64,000 nt of DNA from Mayamaea pseudoterrestris (taxonomy: Eukaryota), in NCBI GenBank assembly GCA_027923505.1, contig BROI01000013.1, positions 372,001-436,000 of the forward strand, written 5' to 3'. Both the position numbers and the translations under genes were made by a program. Positions 57,586 through 64,000 of the stretch are shown piece after piece. The notes beneath the pieces were generated by a model that was not told the origin of the DNA, searched no databases, and saw only the letters and a program-made list of their open reading frames with translations. Each line of letters starts with the position of its first letter. The first letter of the stretch is position 1.

Positions 57586-58857
57586 TTACGCGCCTGCCTT
57601 TGCACCAGCCCCAACCGGAACTTTCTTCTTCCTCTTTCTGCTCTTCTTTGAAGCATCCTTGGCGGCGCTTGCGGACGGTTCCGTCGTCTTTTTTGCAGCA
57701 GGCTTTCGGCGCTGAACCAACCGATCCACTTGCTTGCTCGTGCTTTGCTCCTTTCGTTTGGATAACAAGTGCTGAACAAGATTGGATACCGCTTGTCCAT
57801 CCTCCGTGACGGAGGCAACACCGGCTAAATGACTCGTACTGGTCGATGCAGTCGCTGTTGCCGAAGAGGATGCACCACCCGGCGCGGGTCTTGGTCGGGC
57901 CTTGCGATTTTCTTCGTCCTTTTGCTTCGCTTCAAAGAACTCCGAATAAGCAGGCGAAGTGAATATGGTGCCTTCCAATCGATCGCGATTATTGGCAGCT
58001 GGACGCTTCCAAACCTTTTGACTGGCCGATTCCAAGACAACCACACCGAAGAATTCTTGCTTGGCCTTGGCGTCATCTGCTGCTACAGCGGACATGGTTT
58101 CGAGAGCCTTGACCAGAGAGAAGCGGCGCTTGGCGAGTTCTGCGGAGTAGTCTACTGGTACTGCCGCTGCAGACGTACTTTCGCTTGACGTGCCGCCTTG
58201 AGTGGCGGCTGCTGTGGACGCCGCCGGAGGAATCAACGGCGCTTGCAGCACCAAGTAGACGCAACCAGGCTTTTCTCCGCGACGTCTCGTCTTTCGCGGC
58301 GGAACCATGTACATGACGCGAACCAAGGTACTGGTAGTTGGGTGAACCAGCGCTAAAGGTTTGCCAGAAGTTGGAATGATGTCGACAACAGCCAATGGTT
58401 GCGAATCCGAAACAGCTTCACCTCCATCAACTTTGTCTTTGGCATTCTCATAATTCTCTTCCTCCCCAGATCCTCCTTCCTTTTCTTTCATTTGCTTTTC
58501 AAAAGCAGCGCGAGCAGCTGCAACGGCGGCGGCATCGGAAAGACAAGTTTCAAGCGACTCAACATCAAGTTCCATATTGACATTCAACTTTTCGTTCGAT
58601 CTGCTTATCAGAGACTTGATCAACGGAGCAAGCTGCTCTGCCGTTCCATTCTTTTCAGCATTTGTAATGTTTCGAATAGTAATGCGCAACTGCGGCGCTG
58701 CTGGCGGCCCTCGACGAAAAGGAAGTTTGTTTTTAATTGTTGTTGCTGCTGCTGCTGCTGCAGCTGAAGAGGACAAGTTTTTGTCCCCTCCTGCTCCACC
58801 TCCACGACGCCGACCACGCCAGCGGGGCTTCTTTGACTTCGCTGCTTGATTATCCAT
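57586..58857 (-). CDS. UPF3/Smg4-like nonsense-mediated decay factor
   Basis: RRM-like LRITIRNI; VLESASQKVW..RDRLEGTIFTSPAYSEFF matches the UPF3 C-domain pattern; Lys-rich tail. Confidence 0.55.
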   Translation of the reverse strand: MDNQAAKSKKPRWRGRRRGGGAGGDKNLSSSAAAAAAATTIKNKLPFRRGPPAAPQLRITIRNITNAEKNGTAEQLAPLIKSLISRSNEKLNVNMELDVESLETCLSDAAAVAAARAAFEKQMKEKEGGSGEEENYENAKDKVDGGEAVSDSQPLAVVDIIPTSGKPLALVHPTTSTLVRVMYMVPPRKTRRRGEKPGCVYLVLQAPLIPPAASTAAATQGGTSSESTSAAAVPVDYSAELAKRRFSLVKALETMSAVAADDAKAKQEFFGVVVLESASQKVWKRPAANNRDRLEGTIFTSPAYSEFFEAKQKDEENRKARPRPAPGGASSSATATASTSTSHLAGVASVTEDGQAVSNLVQHLLSKRKEQSTSKQVDRLVQRRKPAAKKTTEPSASAAKDASKKSRKRKKKVPVGAGAKAGA

Positions 58858-59114
58858 ACAAGTGACGATAATGATTGTACACTCCCTGATTTACTGTGTC
58901 AATGTAAGTGATCAATTCAATCTAATGGTAAACGAGACGAAGCGACATGAATGGTTGCGATGTCGCAGTTAAAACCGCTAGGACGCGCCGGGCGACTAGC
59001 TTCGTCATGATCGCATCGAACGACAACCGCAGAGCGACGAGCCGTCGGCAAACACTTCATCGCGGTACCTCCCAGCTCAACATTGCCTATTCAGCATTAG
59101 CAAGGCCAACATCC

Positions 59115-59574
59115 ATGAGTCTACTCGCCAGGTTTGCTCACAGCGTCATGCCGTACACAGCGAGGTTATTCTCCGCGTCGCAGTTGCAACAGCCATCATC
59201 CTGCTGTAACTTGTTCTCTGGAGTATTTTGCTTGGCTCTTCGTGGCAAGCATACCATCAAAACGAACAGAAGCATTGCCAAGAGGTTTCGAGTGAGAGGT
59301 GATGGAAGTCTCAAGCGGTGAGTAGAGATCAAAGGCGATGATTACATCGATGTAACAATGGCATCCTGGCCATTTGCGATTCAACCTTTAAAGCGCTATC
59401 ATCATGTTACTGACTAACTATTATTTATTTAACTGCTGGCAAAGGATGAAGTCTGGCGTATCGCATAATACTGGGCACAGAAGCCGTTCACGAAACAATC
59501 GACTGGGTCAGTCGACGACCATTTCAAACAATAAAATGGCAGCGAAGATGAAGCAGTGTATGGGAATTTTCTAA
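59115..59574 (+). CDS. MRPL35: Mitochondrial ribosomal protein bL35m; join(59115..59317,59445..59574)
   Basis: Presequence, then IKTNRSIAKRFRVRGDGSLKR-MKSGVSHNTGHRSRSRNNRL; intron GTGAGT..AAG. Confidence 0.85.
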
Positions 59575-59654
59575 ATAGCTTTAATATTCTGACAGAGATT
59601 GCCGTTTTGTTGAGAGTTAACTTTTTGGGTTTGCAGTAGATATGCATGTTTTCT

Positions 59655-60865
59655 TGTGCCACATAGAAAAGCAGCTCTGTGTAAGAACCCAAACCAAGCA
59701 AACAATGGCCGTGATTGTCCTTTTAGCCATTGCCACCTCGAGACAAGATATAAATGAGGTACTATGACACAATCAGTGATGGTTGACTCATGTTTTCCCG
59801 GTGACACAGGAGTAGATATGCTGTATTTCGTGCAACTGTATGCCATGCAGCAGCAGCGGCAGCACCCGCAGAAATTTGGCCATCCCCATCATTATAAAGC
59901 CTTGCCACCTTCCACCAATGTATTGGTTAGGTCAATCAACCTCAACAATCTTGGTGGTCATGCAAATCTCTCCAGTTCTGGGAATAGACCTGCTAGTTTT
60001 CCACATAGCTATGTATCATGCCGCCACACCACACCACACCCACCACACCACACCACCAGATCCTCTTGACATCTCCATCAGTTCCAAACATTTGCCACCA
60101 TGGGCCAAGATATCAATGAGGCCAAGTAACCCATGCAAACCCAGCAAGCTCAAGTTTTTGAAAAAATGTGGGAGTAGATGTGCCACATAGAAAAGCAGCT
60201 CTGTGTTTGAAGCCAAACCAATCAACCTATGGCCATGATTGTCCTTTTAGCCATTGCCACCATTAGACAAGGTATAGATGAGGTACTAAGACACATACAG
60301 TTTTGGTTGACTCGTGTATTCCTGGAGACACAGGAGTAGATATGCTGTATTCAGTGCAACTATATGCCGTGCAGCAGCAGTGGCAGCACCCGCAGAACTT
60401 TGGCCATCCCCGTCATTTGAAGTTTTGCCACCTTCAACCAAGGTATTGGTTAGGTCAATCAGTCTCAACAAACTTGGCGGTCATGCAAATCCTTCAGGAT
60501 TTGGGCGTAGACATGCTAGCTTCCACATAGCTAAGTATCATGCTGCCACACCCCACCCGCCCCACCACACCACCAGGTCCTCTGGACATCCCCATCAATT
60601 ACAAACATTGCCACCATGAGCCATGATATCAATGAGGCCAAGTTACCCATACAAACCTGAAAAGCTTAAGTTTTCAAAAGTTGTGGGAGTAGAGGTGCCA
60701 CATAGAAAAGCAGCTCCGTGTATGAATTGAGACCAATCAAACTTTGGCCATGATTGTCTTTTTAGCCATTGCCACCTTTATACAACATATAAACAAGGTT
60801 CTATGACACTTACAGCTTTTGTCAACTCATGTTTCCCGGCAACACAAGATTAGATATGCTGTATT
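59655..60865. repeat. ~520-bp diverged tandem repeat (2.3 copies), CpG-depleted
   Basis: TGCCACATAGAAAAGCAGCTC at 59657, 60181 and 60696, followed by collinear sequence; the third copy is truncated. Confidence 0.9.
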
Positions 60866-61208
60866 GGAAGCCATCACCATGCCCAACACTCCGCACATTC
60901 AACCGCACCCATTTTGGCTGCAGGGATAATCAGCATTGCCCGCTGAGCCCTCCAATTTCTTTCCAATCATGTTTGTTGTCAATGATGGGCCATAAGTTGG
61001 TCAGTTGCACCTCAGCATCCATCACCATGTATGTATGCCACGGTGAGACTGAGAAGATTCAACAACTTGTTGGATCTGCTAGCGGTGCACCTCAAGTGGC
61101 AGGTGAGACTTCCAAAATGGTCTGCAGACCCCATAATACAACCAATATGTACTTGAACAATGATTGGGACTCATAGACTTGTCCATTTGGGTGTGGAAGC
61201 CATCACAG

Positions 61209-61513
61209 TGAAGATTTCCAGCGACAGCAATGGCTGCACTAGCAAATGCTTCTCACTCAATAGGATTGAATGGAGACTGTTATTAAGAGCAACAACAAGA
61301 GCAAAGGACTCGAGTAATTGCAACTGCTACAACAACGAAGGCGTTGGTGATTAACTGAGAGGATTTAATTAACTGCTATTGATTTACCTCGCTCGCCCAT
61401 CGTGGGCATCACGATTGCTCGTCCACGATGCCGTTGGGGCGTCAACTTACACATATAGTAAGAGAGGTGCTTGCACCTCGGTAGGAAGGTAGGATACACC
61501 TTCAACTTCGACT
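61209..61513 (-). mobile_element. 3' LTR of the copia element (approximate)
   Basis: Starts right after the purine tract GCGAGGGAG (minus strand) and ends ...ATCTTCA at 61209, where CpG-depleted flanking DNA begins. The 5' LTR is outside the window, so the ends are unconfirmed. Confidence 0.55.
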
Positions 61514-64000
61514 CTCCCTCGCTATCTCGTGCTGGGTTAATTGCGCTGGACAGCTAAGCGATTCTTGATGAAGGAATCACGTGGGAGGCCCTTTGTCAGA
61601 TAGTCTGCTAACTGGTTGGTCGTGTCGACCTTAAGGACTTCAAATTCACCGCGCTTGTAATGGCTCCAGAACCAATGGGGCATGAGACTGCTTTGGAGCA
61701 GCATTGAACCGAGCAGCTTGACTCAAGCAGTTTGATGTCGAATGATTGCATAATGGACGAGTAGCCCCAGTCAGCTTCCGTCAGCGGCCCATGGCGGGGG
61801 ATCCGAGCCGAGAGCCAAGAGACTTGTTGGTGTCAAAGTTGGATTGCAATTAGTCATATTGGCAGACGCAACAATCTTGTCAATCAATCCTGGCTGGGTC
61901 AAGGTAATGGTACCTGCCTTGTCGTCGCGCTCCATTTTAATTCCAAGGTATTCACACAGGGAGTCTTCCTTGGTAAGCTCAAAACCGAGAGCGCGAAGCT
62001 TTTCAATGAAGGCATCGACAAGCTTGGATGTCTTAGCGACAAAGATGGAATCGTCCACAAAGCAACACATCACCAAGTTCTTTCCATAGAACAAACAAGG
62101 ATCAAAGTAGCTTTGTTTCAGACCGAGCTTGATAAGGGCTGCCTTCAAATGCTCAAACCATAGCCGAGGGGCTACAGTCAATCCGTAAAGACTCTTTAGG
62201 AGGCGCAAACACATGCCGGAGCCTTTACTCGTGTGAAAACCTCGAGGGAGATGGATCCACACTGGGTCATGGAGCTCGGCTTGGACAAATGCACTGGCAA
62301 AATCCGTGGAGCAAGCATACCAGTTAAGGTTAAGGGCTAGAATCAACATCAATCGGATGGTCGACCATGCCACAACTGGTGCGTATGTTTCAAAGTCGCC
62401 TTCTTGCAGATCACCTCGAACGCAGTAGCGAGCTTTGTACTTCTTAATTGTCCCATCTGGGGAGCGCCAAAAGTACCTGGAAGAATTTTGGTCTTGGCTT
62501 CCGACTTGGGGACTTCAGTCCATGTGCCTTTGGACTCCAACGATTGAATCTCCTTCTCGGCGGCAGCTTGCCAATGCTTTACATGAGCATGATCAGCCAT
62601 GGCTTGATCCCAAGTTAAAGTATCTGGATCCGATGCAGCAGCCTTGTAGAGGGCTGGAGCAGCAATATTAAAAGCAGCAAAGTAGGAGACGAAACTGGCG
62701 TCACAAACTGACTCGATTTGGGCTCCGGAGGCATCGTAAGAGAGGCGGGACGGCTTCTTAGAGGCACGACTGGAACGACGAGTACTTGGCGTAGCTGTTG
62801 GAGCTGTAGGATTCTCCCTCGGAGACTCATTGTTGGAGACCGAAGATGGCGATGGATCAGCCGGCAGCTCCCTCGGAGGCGAAGATTCTGCTTGCACTTC
62901 AATTGGAAGCTCCCTCGGAGACTCGGGCTCCCTCGCTTGGGCAGGCTCTTGGCTTGGTGCCGACGAAGGCGGCGCTGGCAACTCAGGAGGAGGAGGGACT
63001 TGCAAATCTCGAGGAGGAGCATGGCGCTCAAAAGCATCCCGAACGGCATCCGCTCGAGTGGAGACGGCAGGCTCAGCCTCGAATTCAGCAGAAGCAATGG
63101 CTTCATCTTCATCATCCAATGGGATATACTGAAGAGACGTGTTTCCAAAGAGATTATACCACTCAGTGGAGGCAAAATCCGGCATTTGCGACTCAGTTAC
63201 AGCCACAGTGGCAAACCAATCATCAAAGACGACGTGAAACTGCGGCGTAATGGCGCCCGAGTGCGGATTTAAAACCAAAGGAACGGAGCTAGCATGGGCT
63301 TCACTCATTCCAACAAAGATGCAGCGATGGGACCGCGGCTGCCAGCGGGGCAACTTGTGGCCGTCCGATATCGTTTTATCAAGAACATACACTGGAGACC
63401 CCCAAACGTGTAAGTCATGGAACTTGGAATGGGGCCATCGAGTGCGAGTAAAGATATCTTGGGGAGAAAGGCCGCTCTGTAGATTAGGGACCTTGTTCCA
63501 AAGATACACGGCATGCTTGGTGACCATGGGCCAAAGTGAAACATCGGCGACATCGGGCCAATGGATCTTAGCATGCATCAACATGGCGCGCGAAATAGAC
63601 ATAATGGTCTGTATGCAGCGCTCGGCAATCCCATTATGATGGTGAGCGCCGACTCCAGCAAGCGCACTGACTTGATGGAAAGTTGTAAGATGCTTGGAGA
63701 AGCCTTGTGACGTAAAGGCACCACCATTGTCGGAGAGATACTTGAGGGGAATGACTCCAACATCACGGCAGAACAACTCGAAAGCTTCTTTAGATCTTAA
63801 TGTATCATCCGTATTTAAATGCTGTTGCAGCTCAAGATGAACGTAGCCGGATGCATGATCAACAAACACACAACCGCCAGTGTTCATGGCAGTTTCCTTT
63901 GTCTTGCCACGCGAGGAGAAAAGGCGTCCTTTTGTAGAGCAAACAAAGTGATCAACGGAGATGCGCTGGCCTGGGAGAAGGTTGTCTCGGCGCAAAGCAT
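61209..64000 (-). mobile_element. Ty1/copia (CoDi-like) LTR retrotransposon, internally deleted and frameshifted; runs off the window end
   Basis: Integrase ISVDH..SDNG..NGIAER; RT DFASAFVQA, LKSLYGL..APRLW, FVDD; RNase H remnant QLADYLTKGL with stop at 61537; INT-RT-RH order. Confidence 0.93.

Overview
Gene-dense eukaryotic nuclear DNA, almost certainly from a diatom. The evidence is an aureochrome, ASAFAP-type bipartite plastid presequences, short GT-AG introns, an HA-domain protein and a CoDi-like Ty1/copia element. About 28 protein-coding genes could be reconstructed with intron boundaries, most of them in head-to-head pairs. Non-genic structure includes: (1) a 7.4-kb array of ~44 x 169-bp monomers with internal palindromes, higher-order 8-, 5- and 3-mer duplications and CpG-decay polymorphism; (2) a 42-bp TGACGT-containing minisatellite in a bidirectional promoter; (3) a ~520-bp CpG-depleted tandem repeat next to a deleted copia element at the right end; (4) a candidate H/ACA snoRNA in the long intron of MRPL43. 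Notable proteins are a convergent pair of differently targeted LrgB/PLGG1 transporters beside AUREO1c, two TM-less syntaxin-7-like SNAREs (one ending in CaaX), an EF-hand-adenylate kinase fusion and an SR protein with an in-frame, stop-free intron inside its RRM. All calls come from manual reading; no database searches were run.
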